This document shows positions 11,257 to 25,733 of a DNA stretch of 64,000 bases, in pieces. The translations under genes and the position numbers were made by a program. Each line of letters starts with the position of its first letter. Position 1 is the first letter of the stretch. Under the pieces are notes generated by a model that searched no databases, was not told the origin of the DNA, and worked only from the letters and a program-made list of their open reading frames with translations. This stretch comes from Eledone cirrhosa. Taxonomy: Eukaryota. The stretch spans positions 30,938,001-31,002,000 of the forward strand of contig OZ024761.1 of NCBI GenBank assembly GCA_964016885.1. The letters run 5' to 3'.

Positions 11257-13594
11257 CCCAGCGTTACCCAATTATTCGTGGGGACATTTTTCCCTAGTGT
11301 CATCTATCATTCAGTGTTGACAACAAAAAAACGTGTCACGTCAGGAAAGCATGTATAATCGGATAGTATCGCTCCTTTACGTTCCGAGTTCAAATCTCTA
11401 CTGGATCGGTTCATGTTTCATTATTTCAGGCCCATTATATATCAGTCAAGTTCGGCGGAATTGATTCGGGTGAATTTTTCTTTTGTTGTTTTCTTTTTTA
11501 ACTAGTTGGGGGGGGGGGGGGGAGGAATGGGGACAGAGCCTCACAGAGTCGAAGTAATAGGAAAAGCACTGCATGAAAAGCTCTGGCCTCCGGGCGTTTG
11601 GTATGAAGAGGCGCGAAATTTTCTCGAGAAGTTTTCTCACACGTACCTGTTAATTAAAAAAGGGGGGAGGACACCAAAAGCATCATTATTACTCCCACCC
11701 TGCGGGGGTGCTGATTTCATGACCTTCGTAGTCACCGTCAGTCACTAGAAGAAGAGAGGGAGACTGAGATTTTGAGAAAGTTATTGTCAGATCGTAAACA
11801 CGGCCCGAATGTCTTTCGATAGAGTGGACTTCTACTAAAGACTACCGTGGATCCTTAAAAAAAGATTTGGGTTGTGTTAAGCCATACCTCCATTCCTCTA
11901 TAAATTTATAAATATATGACCTTGTACCAATGTGAAATATAACCAGTTTTTTTTTCTTTCCTTTTTTTTTTTAAAGTGTCGTTTTGTGTGTTGCGTAATA
12001 TTTGCTTAAATTCGGTCATCGTGTTCAAGTACGCTATTTCATATTTATGAATTGTTCGGTTAAATATATATTTCTTCAGTTAATTTATAAATCTTAGTTG
12101 AGCATATTAAAAATAAACAAAATAAAAGGTAAAATATGAAGAAGAAAAAAACCACCTCCTCCTTCTTATTCTTTTGCTGTTGATGCTGCCATTTATTCCA
12201 ACCATATTTGCTTGTGGCCGACCTCTGGATCTCCTGTTGGTTGGCTTTGCTCATAAAATCTGTCCAGCTGTTCTTTCCTTAGACATTCTAACCACATGTC
12301 TGTAGTATCGGAGATGTGATCTCTCGATGCAGAGAAGTAGCAGCTCTACCTGGAGTAACTCCACGATCTCTGAGCTACACACCCTATTAAGTAACATTAC
12401 TCGAGAGAACCCACTCCACTCCTGTCGCTTGTAGTCACAATCATATTCTTTCGATCATTACCCAAGATTCATGACCGTAGGCAAGGGTAGGCACAAACAC
12501 TGAATTTAAGATAGCAAGTTTGTCTTTATCACCTACCTACCCACCTTTCTTCTGATGACCAAGTGCTGAAGCTGGCACATTACTTCACTAGCTCCAGCAA
12601 TTCTTGTACTTAATTCAACCTCCTGCCTTCCATCATTCATGAAAATAGACCCCCAGATATTTGAACTTCTCCACCTGCAGTGTAACTCTACTCACATGTA
12701 GAGTGCAATGCAAAGGCTTTCTCGAGAAAATAATTGAATAGATCTCAGATATACCATATATGCTGGCATACAAGTCGACATTTGATGCCTAAAAATATCT
12801 GTCCAAAACCAGGGGTTGACCTGTTCCCTAAATATAAAATGTGAACTTTTACCACTGAGGGGTAAACAGTAAAACTGTCTGCCTAATACTTGTTGTACAC
12901 CACTTACCATAACTCTAGCAGCCCACCACAATTATTTCCTACTGAATCTCATATTTGTTAAGTCTATTTAACAGAGAGATTATAATAATATCAATTACTT
13001 GCCGTAGCTCATAAAGTAGGTTACCATAGGTTCATTAAGGTTAGGCGACTGAAGTGTTTGAGATGTGTCTTAGCCTTTAACATGTTACTAAATTTTTTTT
13101 AATTATTTCCCCTGCAGCTGCCTTATTTTTGGGGAGGTCGTCTTATCCGGCGAATATAGGCCTAAACCTGAATTACACCTCAGAATTTTATGGGTCGACC
13201 TATGCGCCGTATTGACTTGTACGCCGGCATATACGATAGTTTCTAAATAGGATACAGTTTCAGCAGACAAATAAGAAATTTCAGAGTCAAGAGTATCTTT
13301 AGGTGAGGAAATAATCGAAAACTTTTAATAAGTGGGTGAATACCTGCACACACAATCACATACCACACAAAGGGTGCTTCAGTTTTCTCTAATAATAATT
13401 TTTTTGAGATTAGCTAACATACAAGGGTCAGGTGAACACATCATAGGCTGACTGCATTAATTTCAACTCTTCTTATTAATAACTGCATTGTTTCTTTCTA
13501 GGGACTATGTTGAAAAATAAACCGCATTTGGTCAGCCTATGAACTTTTCATTCGGCACCCTTACTTGCAGCACCCCTGTGTGTGATAATGGGGC

Positions 13595-13870
13595 TATGAC
13601 ACTAAAATAGCCAAGCACCCTTGCAAACATCACTTGATATCTTGGTATGGGAAGGTGATAGTGAGGCTAAGACACTGAAATAGCCAAGCACCCTTGCAAA
13701 CATCACCTGATATCTTGGTATGGGTAGGTGATAGCGAGGCTAAGACTGGAATAGTCAAGCACCATTGCAAACATCACCTGATATCTTTGTATGGATAAGT
13801 GATAGCCAGGCTAAGACTCTGGAATAGCCAAGCACCCTCACAAGCATCACCTGACACCTTGTTAAGGCAA
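13595..13870. repeat. ~73-bp tandem repeat (about 4 copies)
   Basis: Repeated 'gtgatag..aggctaagac..tggaatagccaagcacccttgcaaacatcacctgatatcttggtatgg'. Related sequence at ~26620-26750. Confidence 0.75.
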
Positions 13871-14896
13871 GCCGCCAGCAATGACTAGAATGTGATTATC
13901 TGTAGCCCAGCTGATTTAAAATATGTATTATCATCATTCTTTTCACGTTGGGTTTTTTAGAGCACAGCCTTCCTCCATCTGTAACATTCCTTTGTCATCT
14001 CTTTGGTGCCAGTACAACCTACTTTCACATGTAGCATACCTTCCTCGGTACCAGCACAGTCTCCCTCCACATGTAGCATACCTTCCTCCTCTCCTCGGTG
14101 CCAGCACAGTCTCCCTCCTTTCTCCTTTCTTATCTCTGTATATTTATTTTAAAAAGCCTTCCATCATAATTTTATGTAAGAACCTTTGTTAAGTTATGTT
14201 CCAAACACTATTTGATACCAAACTGCCTGAAAACACCCTTGGTTTTATACAATGTTTATTTTAACCCTTTCATGACTGCATTTCTAATGAGATGCACTCT
14301 ATTTTGAGGGATTTACTAAAATTATTCATTATTTCATTACTAAGATAGTCACTTAATGTAAGGTTCTTATATAAAATTATGTTGGAAGATTTTAACATAA
14401 ATTGGAAGCCTTTAAAACGAGTGACTTTATATCATAGAAGCAGAGCTGGTTTTGGTGGGTTACATATTCCTTGGCTTATATTTGAGTATATATGGTATGC
14501 TACTAAATCCCTCAAATTTCTTGATTATCTAAAAAATATATCATTATTATCATTATCATCCAGTTTTGGAATATGCAGGACACAAATAAACCCTAAGTAG
14601 GGATGGGTCCTGCCTGACAGCGCTCCTTAGCGTCCCACTCCATGTGTTTCTGTCCACTGGTCTCACTTGGGCCAGGCCTAGCCTAGCTTGATCCCGATGG
14701 ACATCCTCCATCCAAGTCCTTGGTCTTTCTCAGCTGCTTCCTGGATTGACATTCATCACTTTGCTGATCCAGCCCTCACTGGGCTCGACATGGCCATACA
14801 AGCGCATGCATCTTGTGTGAAGCACATCAGCACATCCCTGAAGTAGTCGATCAGCAGACTTTTCAGGAGCTCAGTTGAGCTGATATCATCTCAGTC

Positions 14897-15238
14897 ATCA
14901 TCATCATCATTTCATTTTACGTCCGCTTTTTCCCTGCTTGCAAGGGTGGGATGGGAACTGATTCTGGCTTGATTTCTACAGCTGGATGCCCTTCCTAACA
15001 CCAACCTCATTTACAGTGAGTGCTGGGTGCTTTTTTGCCGTGGCACCTCCACGACCACTTTGCAGTGGAATGATATGGACCCCAGTCCCTAACATCTCAT
15101 TTCTACAGCTGAGTAAACTGGAGCAATGTGAAATAAAGTGTCTTGCTCAAGGAAACAACACATCACCCGGTCTGAGAATTGAACTCACAACCTTTCGATT
15201 GCAAGGCCAATGCTCTAACCACTAAGCCATGTGCCTCC
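14897..15238 (-). mobile_element. tRNA-derived SINE (same family as 2421)
   Basis: Reverse complement of the 2421/4485 element. Confidence 0.85.
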
Positions 15239-15994
15239 ATCCTCAGTGGTCATATATAAAGATTTGGAAAATCATATATGAAATTATATGAAATATCTTA
15301 AGTGAAACTCATGGACTGATGGCGCACCTGAACACATGGTATGGTACAAGAAGGTAACGCAAGATGCAGGCTCCTGGCTTACTGTCAGGTCATTATCTCT
15401 TCTTTGAATATAAACCTGGTCAGTTGATCACCCGTCCAACTCTTGCTAGCAGGTAAAGCTGACGTTAAACAATGATTATGATAATGGTGATAATGACGAT
15501 AATCATGATGGTGGTGGTGACGATGATGATGATGGTGATGGTAATAATGATGATGGTGGTGGTGGTAATAATTGTTTCTACTATTGGCACAAGGCCAGCA
15601 AATTATCCAGTACATTACTGGTACTTTATTTTATCGACCTCATAAGGATGAAAGGCAAGGGCCGTAACTCTATGCATCAAAGCATGGCGTCCAACTCTCT
15701 ACCGATACTGCCAATCCAAATAATGATGGTAGTGGTAGTGATGGTGGTAAGAAAAGGGCTAAAGTTATTTGTTGCTATCAGCACTGCTGTTTGTTTTGTA
15801 AGCGAATGTATATGTATGTGTCAATGGCTGACAATGGTGAAATAGTTTATTAAAACCAACCCCCACAGTCATGAGGTTTAACTTGTTTGATTCAGTAGCT
15901 AGATAAATAGATTAATGAGTTCTAATGACATTACAATTATAATTCCTTTATTATTTTTGTTATATTATTCTTATTATTTCATAAACAATTTAGA

Positions 15995-16620
15995 GCGGTA
16001 GATTGACAGTATCATGATTTGTAGCATAGAGTTATGCTCCTCCCTTTGTGGTCCAAGTTCAAATCCCGCCGAGGTTAACTTTGCCTTTCATCCTTACAGG
16101 GTCGATAAAATAAAGTACCAGTAATACACTGAGATAATTGCTGGCCTTGTGCCAAAAGTAGAAACAATTTAGGGTGGTGGATTGACAGTATCAGTAGTGT
16201 CAGGCACTATGCTTTGTAGCATAGAATTATAGCCCTTTACGTTTTGAGTTCAAATCCCGCCAAGGTTAGCTTTCTCTTTCACCATTACAGGGTCGATAAA
16301 ATACACTACCAGTCATGCACTGGGGTTGTTTTAATCGACTTCCCTCTTCCACCCCAAAAACATGTTGGCCTTGTGCCTAAATCAGAAACCAATATTAAAG
16401 ACAATGGATTAACAGTATCGGTAGAGAGTCGGACATGCTTTATGGCCCCTTGACATTTTGAGTTCAAATTCTGCTGAGGATAACATTACTTTTTATCTTT
16501 ATGGGGGGGGGGGGGGGGGGGGAGGGGGTCGATAAAATAAAGTATCAGTCACATACTGGAGTCGATTTAACTTTCTGCTCCCCCCCCAAATTGTTGGCTT
16601 AGGGTATTAAACTGTTTCTA
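15995..16620 (+). mobile_element. Cluster of tRNA-derived SINEs of a second family (Deu/Nin-like central domain)
   Basis: gagttcaaatcccgccgaggttaactttgcctttcatcct..ggggtcgataaaataaagtaccag repeated 3 times. Further copies at ~28750-28940, 38260-38830, 43080-43640, 47300-47480 and 50640-50850. Confidence 0.75.
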
Positions 16621-18648
16621 ATTTAGGCACAATCCTCCAACTCCCACCTATCTCTGTAAAGTTGGTACCACAACATCCAGTCCAAATAAATGAGTTATCA
16701 AGATCGTGTAGGTGTAGAAAACCTGCCAGATGGTCCTATTTGAGCGAGACACGGTCACCCGACCAACCTTGCCTCAAGTGAGACAACTCCTGTCTAACCC
16801 ATGCTAGCGTGGAAGATGATGATGAACATCATCAGAAGGAGCCCCGACAACTGGTTTTCTGTCACAATTGGAACTGGCTGGCCATGTTAATGAACAAGCG
16901 GTCCAATGGTTTAACACTTCCCTTTTGTTGGGGAAAAAAATCCCTAATTTGGGACACAACATGCGGTGACTTGTTCTCTGCCTCCAACCTTGTCGCTTTG
17001 GCTACCATCCCACGCTCTGCAGCTTGCAATACAAAGAAGATAGTCAAATACCAGGACCTGTCTGACTGCTTCCTCTTTGCACTTCAATTATTTTAGAATT
17101 TAAATACCTGGGCAAAAAAAAAAAAAAAATTAACAAAACTATCTTTAATGCTGTAGCAACTCTAAACAAAGTGACAGAACTTTTTTTCACATGCCGTTGC
17201 AATAAATGAAACTTAAATGTTAGTCCGTCTTGAGGTCCCAGCGTACAAGAGGGTGGTGAGCAACACCATCACCACCAACAACCAGAGCTGACCATCACAA
17301 TAAACCACATGGGCTTCTGTTATTATGCAAGATAAAACCTTTACCATGAAAATATAATAGTAAATATAGTGTAATGTAAATGCTAAAGGGTTAAATATAT
17401 ATATATATATTTTCTTCTCTATATACCTTATTATGAAGAGCCCGAAAATTCTTCCTCGAGCTCAAACACATCTTTATCTCCATTTTATATACATATAAAT
17501 ATATCAGTCCAGTCTGGGTCAATTCTTCCTCTATACATCTTTCTTGCTTCTTCTCAGGAAGAAATCAGCTGTGTATAGACATGGAAGGGTTAAAAGCTCC
17601 ACCAGGTTTTTTAAAACATCCTAAGACATTCCATATTGTCATTACAGCTGCGTATAGACCTGGAATATTTGAACTATTCTAGTTTGGGGATACCCCCCTG
17701 AACATATTCTTGCAATTGTTTCAAACCTTTTGTGACCATCTCATGTAGAGAGAGAATTACCTCAAGAGTCAAAGGTGGATTATACAAGTGGAGTGAGAGC
17801 TAGAGTAATGCACACATCAGTAACTATCATCTACTTCAGACAACCACCGTCTCATATAGTTATGTTATAATTGCGAATACGTTGGTGTTTCTTAGTCTGT
17901 ATTTATTTTGTTGATAGTTTTAGCTGGTAGAGCGACCAAATAAAATATCGGTGATGTACAGTAACCAATTTGTAACAAAGGGAAAGAAATCATGCAGACC
18001 TGCTGTATGTCAAGATTTACTTCCCTTTGCCTAAAATTGATTTGACTATTAAAATGCTACTCTTCTGTAGTTGATATTTTACTTTAACCCTTTAGTATTC
18101 ACATTACTCTATATATATATATATATACTATTATATTTTCACGGTAAAGGCTACCTCACATAATATCGAATCTATGAGATTTTTGAAAGTATTTATTATG
18201 AGAACAATACTTTAACATCGGTATGAGTGGCCAGTTTGAACATGAAAAGTACTTGTTCACCCACACAGATTTCAATGAAAGACTGGCTCAAATACAGACC
18301 ATACTAGAAGTTAGCCTTGCCTTGTGACAGAAAGTACAACACCTGCATTTGACAGACTGGCCACATCTCTCATTTAAGAGACAATAGGTGGTCTATTAAT
18401 GACGAGTGGACAAGGCAGTGAAAGGCCAAATTAACTCAATACCTCGGCCCCACATGGTCAGAGATAGGTGGTGTTGGAAGGTCGACACGGGAGGGGTTCC
18501 TCCAACAGGAGTGACAAGGGTCTAGATTTTGAAAAGTATATATGTATATATATAAGAAAGTAATACCAATCCTTCCATGTGACCAATTTATTTTAAAACA
18601 AATATCAAAATAAAAAACAATGGCTAGTTGGTTATTTTTTTTCAAGTA

Positions 18649-18654
18649 TTTATT
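18649..18654 (-). terminator. Candidate HSP90 polyadenylation signal
   Basis: AATAAA on the minus strand ~390 nt after the stop; a second one at 18587-18592. Confidence 0.35.
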
Positions 18655-19045
18655 TTCTAGGTGTAGGAAGATTCATCAAGAAATGTCAGTAGTGAGGCTG
18701 GAAAAGTGTTAGTCCTTAACTCATGGAAATGAATAGAAATGGAACAAAATGAACAAACTAACCAGATTTCAATACATAACTGCTCTATAATAATCTATGA
18801 AACTAACTTTGCTTCCCTAAATGTCCAGTTAGATATCTATTCAATAAAGCTTACGTAAAAAGCATATAATCTTTAGAGTTTTTCTTTTTGGGGGGGATTT
18901 TGTTCTCAGATAAGTTAGAATTTACATCGATAATCCAGAAAATATTAGTGCTTAAATACATAAAGTTAAGACATCTATTTAATGTTAAACTGAATGGGTT
19001 TATACAAAATGTTGAGATATGAATTCAGGAAAACTAATTTCAAGT

Positions 19046-19495
19046 TTAATCAACTTCCTCCATTTTAGACAAATCATCATCATCTCCTTCTAAGGCTGGC
19101 ATCTCAGAGTCAGCAGTATCAGCTGGCTGACTATCTTCAACAACATCATCTTCATCCAAACCAAGACCAAACTTGATCATTCGATGGATACGAGATGCAT
19201 GTGATTGTGGGTTATCAAGGTTGAACCCTGATGACAATAGCGAGGTTTCGTACATCAACACAACAAAGTCTTTCACAGTTTTGTCATTTTTGTCGTCATC
19301 GACCTTTCTCTTCAGCGCCTTGATAATGGAATGATCAGGGTTTATTTCCAGATGTTTCTTAGCGGCCATGTAACCCATGGTTGAAGTATCTCTCAAGGCT
19401 TGAGCCTTCATGATACGTTCCATGTTGGCTGACCAACCATACTGACTGGTAACAATACAGCAGGGGGAATCCACCAATCTGTTTGATACAACAAC
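19046..19495 (-). CDS. HSP90: HSP90 coding exon 6
   Basis: [36 protein letters not shown]...MEEVD*. Confidence 0.95.
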   Translation of the reverse strand, partial: VVVSNRLVDSPCCIVTSQYGWSANMERIMKAQALRDTSTMGYMAAKKHLEINPDHSIIKALKRKVDDDKNDKTVKDFVVLMYETSLLSSGFNLDNPQSHASRIHRMIKFGLGLDEDDVVEDSQPADTADSEMPALEGDDDDLSKMEEVD

Positions 19496-22218
19496 CTACA
19501 ACAGATCAAATAATATATACATATATTAATCACAGCCATTTAACACAATATCAAAATCACTAAACATCAGAAATCACAACCCAAACAAGCAACCACTACT
19601 GACCTTCTCAACTTTCTTGTCCAAAATGTCCTTAATAACTTTACATAAACCTTCATAAGCTGTCTTGTCTTCTTCCAACTTCTTTTTGGATTCCTCATCG
19701 TCGGGAAGTTCCAAACCCTCCTTGGTTACACACACCAACTGTTTTCCCTCATATTCCTTCAGTTGTTGAGCAGCATATTCATCAATGGGGTCTACCATGT
19801 AAACCACTTCACAGCCAGATTTCTTTACTTTCTCAACAAAGGCAGAGTTCTTCACAGCATCTTTGGTCTCGCCTAAAAAAAAAAAAAAAAAGTATAATAC
19901 AATAACTTTCTAGTCACTTCTGCATATGGATACGCACAACTTGGCAATCCTTTCTAAAGAACAAACAGCAAATTCAATACTTTGAAGAGTATTGCCAAGT
20001 ATCTAAGTTTATACATCGATATATGATAAAGATTATGTGGTATTAATTACAAATCTCACAATATCATTTTTATATTATATATTGTGAAAGCATTTCATTG
20101 AAATATAGACCTTAGTGTTGGCAGTGTCAGATACGATAGAGCATTATAAGGGCTAAAATTGGTTGTAAAATCTTACCAGTAATGTAATAAATGTGTTTTT
20201 GGTTTTCTTTCATGCGAGATACATAGTCTTTAAGAGAAGACATCTCATCTCCAGAGCTGGATGTGTGATAACGGAGGAAATCAGCCAACTTCTTCCTGTT
20301 TGTATGATCTTCATGGATACCAAGCTACAAAAAGACGAACACCACAAATGTTATTGTCACTACTAGACATACTACATTAGTCAACTGATGCTACTCTTAA
20401 AAATTACAAGAAACTTAAAATTTATTAAGAATGTCTTGAAGCTAGAAAATGAAAAACTCAAATGGGACTTACTTTTAGATTCTTGGAGAATTGTTCGTAA
20501 AATTTCTTGTATTCGTCTTTGTTTTCAGAAATGGATTCAAATAGCTCAATACATTTCTTCACTAGATGTTTCCTAATAACCTTCAAGATCTTGCTCTGTT
20601 GCAAAGTCTCACGAGAAATATTCAGGGGCAAATCTTCAGAGTCTACCACGCCTTTAATAAAGTTAAGGTATTCAGGGATCAGGTCCTCACAGTTGTCCAT
20701 GATGAACACTCTTCGTACATACAGCTTAATGTTATTCTTTTTCTTCTTGTTCTCAAACATATCAAAGGGAGCTCTCTTGGGGACAAAGAGCAGAGCACGG
20801 AACTCCAGCTGGCCCTCAACTGAGAAGTGCTACAAAAACAAAACAACCAGGATCAAGAGGAGATACAAAGAAATGACACAAAAGACACACAAAAGAAATA
20901 AATAACAAAAAAAACCCACCAAGAGGAGAGAAAGCTATAAAGACCCACCAACTTACCTTAACAGCTAGATGTTCTTCCCAATCATTGGTCAATGACTTGT
21001 AAAACTCTCCATACTCTTCGTTCTTAATATCATCTGGGTTTCTGCTCCAAATAGGCTTGGTTTTGTTCAGTTCTTCATCTTCAAAGTACTTTTCCTTTAT
21101 GCTCTTCTTTTTCTTGCTCTTTGATGAGGATTCATCATCATCCTCAACATCTTCAATTTTGATCTTGTCCTCCTGACAACACAAACACCAATAGTACATT
21201 AATAAACACACACACACACACACACACACACAAATACCATCAGATTCATACAAAAGACTAGCCCCACATATGAGAACATTAACAGAGGCAATGTTTTATA
21301 GTTGGTTGCCCTTCCTGACATTTAACCCCTTTAGTTGTGTCTTATGATAAGCAGGGACACAACATACTGATCCTAAACGACATCCACATGACAAGTGTAT
21401 TCTGGAAAATACATGTTATATACACACACCATCATTCATAAAAAGACTAACCACAAACACACTGCTATCACAATCATAGTAAATATACTTACACCTTCCT
21501 CGTCCTTATCTTCTTTGTCTTCCTTCTTTTCCTCCTCTTCTTCCTCATCATCAGACACTTCCTTGCTACGCTCCTTCTCTACAAGTAGTTTGATGGGGTA
21601 ACCAATAAACTGACTGTGTTTCTTCACAACTTCCTTGATACGTTTCTCTTCCATGTATTCAGCCTGGTCTTCCTTTAGGTACAGAGTGATCCTTGTACCA
21701 CGGCCCAGTGGCTCACTGGTCGAGTTCCGGATGATAAAGGTACCGCCAGCAGAAGACTCCCAGGTGTGCTGGTCGTCGTCGTTATGTTTAGACTCAACGA
21801 TCACCTTGTCGGCAATCAGGTAGGCAGAATAGAAACCTACACCAAACTGACCAATCATGGAAATATCAGCACCGGACTGCAGGGCCTCCATGAAAGCCTT
21901 AGTACCAGACTTGGCAATGGTTCCCAAGTTGTTGACCATATCGGCTTTGGTCATTCCGATACCAGTGTCAATAATGGTCAAGGTGTTAGCATCCTTGTTG
22001 GGGATGATTTTGATGAACAGCTCCTTGCCATTGTCCAGCTTGGAAGGGTCAGTCAACGATTCATATCTGATCTTGTCAAGAGCATCAGAAGAGTTAGAAA
22101 TCAACTCTCTGAGAAAGATCTCCTTGTTGGAATAGAATGTGTTGATGATCAAACTCATCAACTGAGCAATTTCAGCCTGGAAGGCGAATACTTCTCCATC
22201 TCCAGTTTCAGTAGACAT
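19046..22218 (-). CDS. HSP90: Cytosolic heat shock protein 90 (HSP90/Hsp83), 6 coding exons, 721 aa
   Basis: Exons 22218-21493, 21172-20957, 20829-20473, 20324-20177, 19872-19604 and 19495-19046, all GT-AG and phase-compatible (2166 nt). Signatures [68 protein letters not shown] and C-terminal MEEVD. Confidence 0.98.
19604..19872 (-). CDS. HSP90: HSP90 coding exon 5
   Basis: [14 protein letters not shown]...DPIDEY...ILDKKVEK; donor GTCAGT. Confidence 0.95.
20177..20324 (-). CDS. HSP90: HSP90 coding exon 4 (absent from the ORF track)
   Basis: [50 protein letters not shown]; phase-1 donor GTAAG. Confidence 0.95.
20473..20829 (-). CDS. HSP90: HSP90 coding exon 3
   Basis: [23 protein letters not shown]...[10 protein letters not shown]. 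Confidence 0.95.
20957..21172 (-). CDS. HSP90: HSP90 coding exon 2
   Basis: [11 protein letters not shown]...[14 protein letters not shown]...DWEEHLAVK; AG/GTAAGT boundaries. Confidence 0.95.
21493..22218 (-). CDS. HSP90: HSP90 coding exon 1 (ATPase domain)
   Basis: [19 protein letters not shown]...EEG. Acceptor tttcAG immediately precedes the ATG; donor GTAAGT at 21492. Confidence 0.95.
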
Positions 22219-25200
22219 CTGAAAATACCAAAGAAAAAAAAATTACTTTATTTTCTTAAAAGAATATAATTATCGTTTATTTTTCCACGCTTGCATGGGT
22301 TAGACGGATCGTCCATGTTATGAGGTAGCTTCGGTCAGTTGACCGAGCTGTATTTTGTCCAAACGGAAATGTAACAATATATTAATTCGTTAAAGACAAC
22401 GTGAATGACCAAATTGTATTTAATTCAATGAACCCCAATCAAGTATTTATTGTAGATAGAAGGAACCAGACTGTTTTGGTCGAATCATCTGAAAGCAGAT
22501 TTAAAGTTTTTATTTTTATTTTGGAACTTTTATATCTCGATATGGTCGAGTTTTTCTCCAATTGGGTCACTCATTTTAGTAAACTAACATTTTTAATTGA
22601 CTTATTTCTAATCAAGATATGGAAAACACCACGAGGCATTTATATACACCGATTCTACTAATCCGCCACCCGTAACCATAGTAAATCAATGAAAAGCAAT
22701 GTAATCTCAAGTTTATGAAAAATTTAAAACTAGGTATCATTGACAAATAGATCTCAAAATAAGAATAAGGATAAAACTTTTCGTCCAACTCACCGGACAC
22801 TGTGTTCCCGCGCCGAGCAACCCGCGAACACGTGTGTTTATATATCTATACATACAACACACACACACTCGAACGGAGCGGGCGACATGAAACCGGTGAG
22901 TTTGAAAAGATATTTTCGTTTTTTATTATTTAAAAATTTACAAATCATTATTTAGATGAAATATCGGGAGTAAATTTATCAAATAATGCGAATTATATAA
23001 ATATAAAATAGCTGGGGAGTTAAAATGTTGCACTTTCAGTTTACTTTTTACAATTAAAAGGTAATTACTAATGCAAACGAGAAGTTGAACCATGAATAAG
23101 AGATAAATGCCAGCCACACTTCAAAACCACCCGAGTAAATATCTACATAGTTTTATATCGGGTTCTAGTGTCTTTAGTACAAAAGACACGAGATTCAAGG
23201 ACCCTGAACATGTCTAACTATGGCGACGAGCAAACAAGTTCCTTTACAAGGTTGTTAGACATGCTAAAAATAGCAGACAAATCCGACACAAATCATGTAA
23301 AAAGAAAAAAGGGAGGGGCGCCATGCTGAACAATTTATTTTTTTCGGGTCCCTTCCTTTCATACGGGAATGCTCGACCAGTGTTGAATCTAGGGCTAAAC
23401 AACTAACATCGGCGAAGCACACTACAGCATATCATTAAGTATAAGCCCTCCTCCATACACCCTAACCTTATCCTAGCAATGCCGCAGTACAGACAAGATT
23501 ATTTACAATGGCCTTCGTACCACTTAAAACCTAACTACACGTGGTCACTCGACCTGTTAAAAGAACAAAAACAACTAAAACCAGCAGCCACATAATCGAC
23601 CATCTTAAGGACGACTGTTTAATATAGTCAACTTTACGTTTATCCCCTTCTCTCCAAAAAACATTAGACACGATTAGAAGACATTTTAAAAAAAATAATC
23701 AAAGGTTCGTATATCTTTTAGGAGTAAGACCTGGGGCTCAATAACTACTTTAAGTCAAGACTGAACAAATAAATATCAATCCGGTCTACCTTCTAGAAAC
23801 ATCTTGATAGAGGGCGAGGGGCCCCAGGGAGGGAGTAACAACTGTGATTTAGATTAGAATTGTCATCTAAGACGTCTATCGGGGGATTCATCGACAGAAC
23901 ACCAAATAAAGACAACTGCAGGGGCCTATTATAAATGATATATATAAAAGATTAAATACTCCCCTCCACTCGTACATAAATCATTTTTTTTTCTCGTAAT
24001 TTTCTGAATTTTTAATTCAAGGGACGAATGAAATTAGCTTATTGCTGATAATTTAATGAAGATGGACAAAGACGAGAGAAAATAGAAATTTCTATTTTCT
24101 CGTCTTTGTCCATCTTCATTAAATTATCAGCAATAAGCCAATTTCATTCGTCCCTTAAATACCGCATTAAAATATATATATATAAATAAATATACATACA
24201 CACGCCCTGCCATCTACAATAACTTAACTACACGCGGGAGACTCAACGGGGCTGCTCGACTTAACAGCTACCCCCCCCCCCCCATCACGTTAGAATAATA
24301 GCTCTACATTTATTTATTCCTAAATCTATTCAAAGATGATCTCGAGACTAAAACAAGATGCATAGATTAATTAAACACTGTAAAAAGGTAAAGAAAAAAA
24401 AACATCAGATGGAGGAACAAAAACCCATGAATTTTTATCAGGAAAAATGTTTTTAATGTCATAAAATGATTAATTGTCAGTAGCAACTTGTTCTCCGATG
24501 GAAATAATGGAAAATTCTCCACAAAATTTATCGAACAAAAAGAAAAAAAATATCCAGTGAGGGATGTTGCATTGAAAAGTTTTCCTGTAAAATGCGAGAT
24601 CTGTTGAAGTGAAAAACGAAACAGGACCGGCAGTGACTTGCACCACAAGCAAGAGTGAAATCAATTGTTTTATTTATTATAAATTTCCATTAATGATAAT
24701 AAATAATCTAGGATGCACTAATTATTATATGAATCGATGTCTGTACTTGATCGAAAAACCCGGAAGAATGAAAAGCAAAGCCAAGTCATTGCGGGGTTTG
24801 AACTCGCAACATAAAGAAAGCGAGTATTGTTCGACGCTCTAACGATTCTGCCAAATTCACCGACATTAAAATGAAATCGAAAGACATTTCCATTTAAATT
24901 TATTTACGCAATATATAATTTATGTATATACATATATAATCAATATATTGGTATTTATTTTTTTTATCTTCACATATGCGTTACAAAAAAAAAAAAAATT
25001 GATTAAAATAAAACCGGCCTTTTGTTTTGAACATCAAATATGTCAGAAAAAGAATTCGATCTTTTATTTAAAATTTAAATCAAAAGAAAACTGTTGGGAA
25101 TTACCAGTTGCTATACTTTATTTTATGTTTGAGCGTCTACGTATATAAAAATGAAACCCTTTAAAAAAAATTTTTTTTCGTTTTACATGAAATATTTTCC

Positions 25201-25627
25201 TTGTATTTTGCAATCGTTTATAAAATGAAAGTTACAATATATTTAGAAAATGAAACCTAAAAATTATGATAAATATTAATTAAATAGAATAGGGAATTAA
25301 ATTTATAAAGATTATTCCTAGTCCGAATCGGTTCCTTTATCCTTCTAGAAACAGAAAAAAAATTTCTAAAGGGTTCCGTTAAATTTTTTTTTTTTTTTTT
25401 GGAAAAAAAAAAAAAAGAATTATATAAATTTATTTATAAAAGAATTTTAGGCAGATTCTGAACTTGATATTCAAAACAAAAAAAAACAAAAAAAATAGAT
25501 CTGAAAAACCGTTTAAAAAAAAGAAAAAGGAAAAATGTCTGAAAAGGGGTGAGGGTGTGAAATCCACGCTTGTTTTAAGGTAGAAATGTGAAGTATTGGG
25601 GGTGGATTTATCAAAAACTATGTGAAA

Positions 25628-25733
25628 TTTATATATAAAATGGCTGGGAAGTAAGGGAAAAAAGAAAAACATGCATGGAAAGATTAAACGAAGAATCCCG
25701 GTGTAAGTATGAGGAGTCGAGAACATTCTAGAT
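25628..25733 (-). promoter_or_regulatory. Candidate HSP90 promoter: heat-shock element plus TATA
   Basis: GTCgaGAAcaTTCtaGAT (25716-25733, imperfect inverted nGAAn array) lies ~85 bp upstream of TATATAAA on the minus strand. Further TTCTAGAA cores at 25343 and 23791. Confidence 0.4.

Noticed and set aside
20507-22269. Plus-strand ORFs overlapping HSP90
   Set aside because: Antisense shadows of the conserved coding exons.
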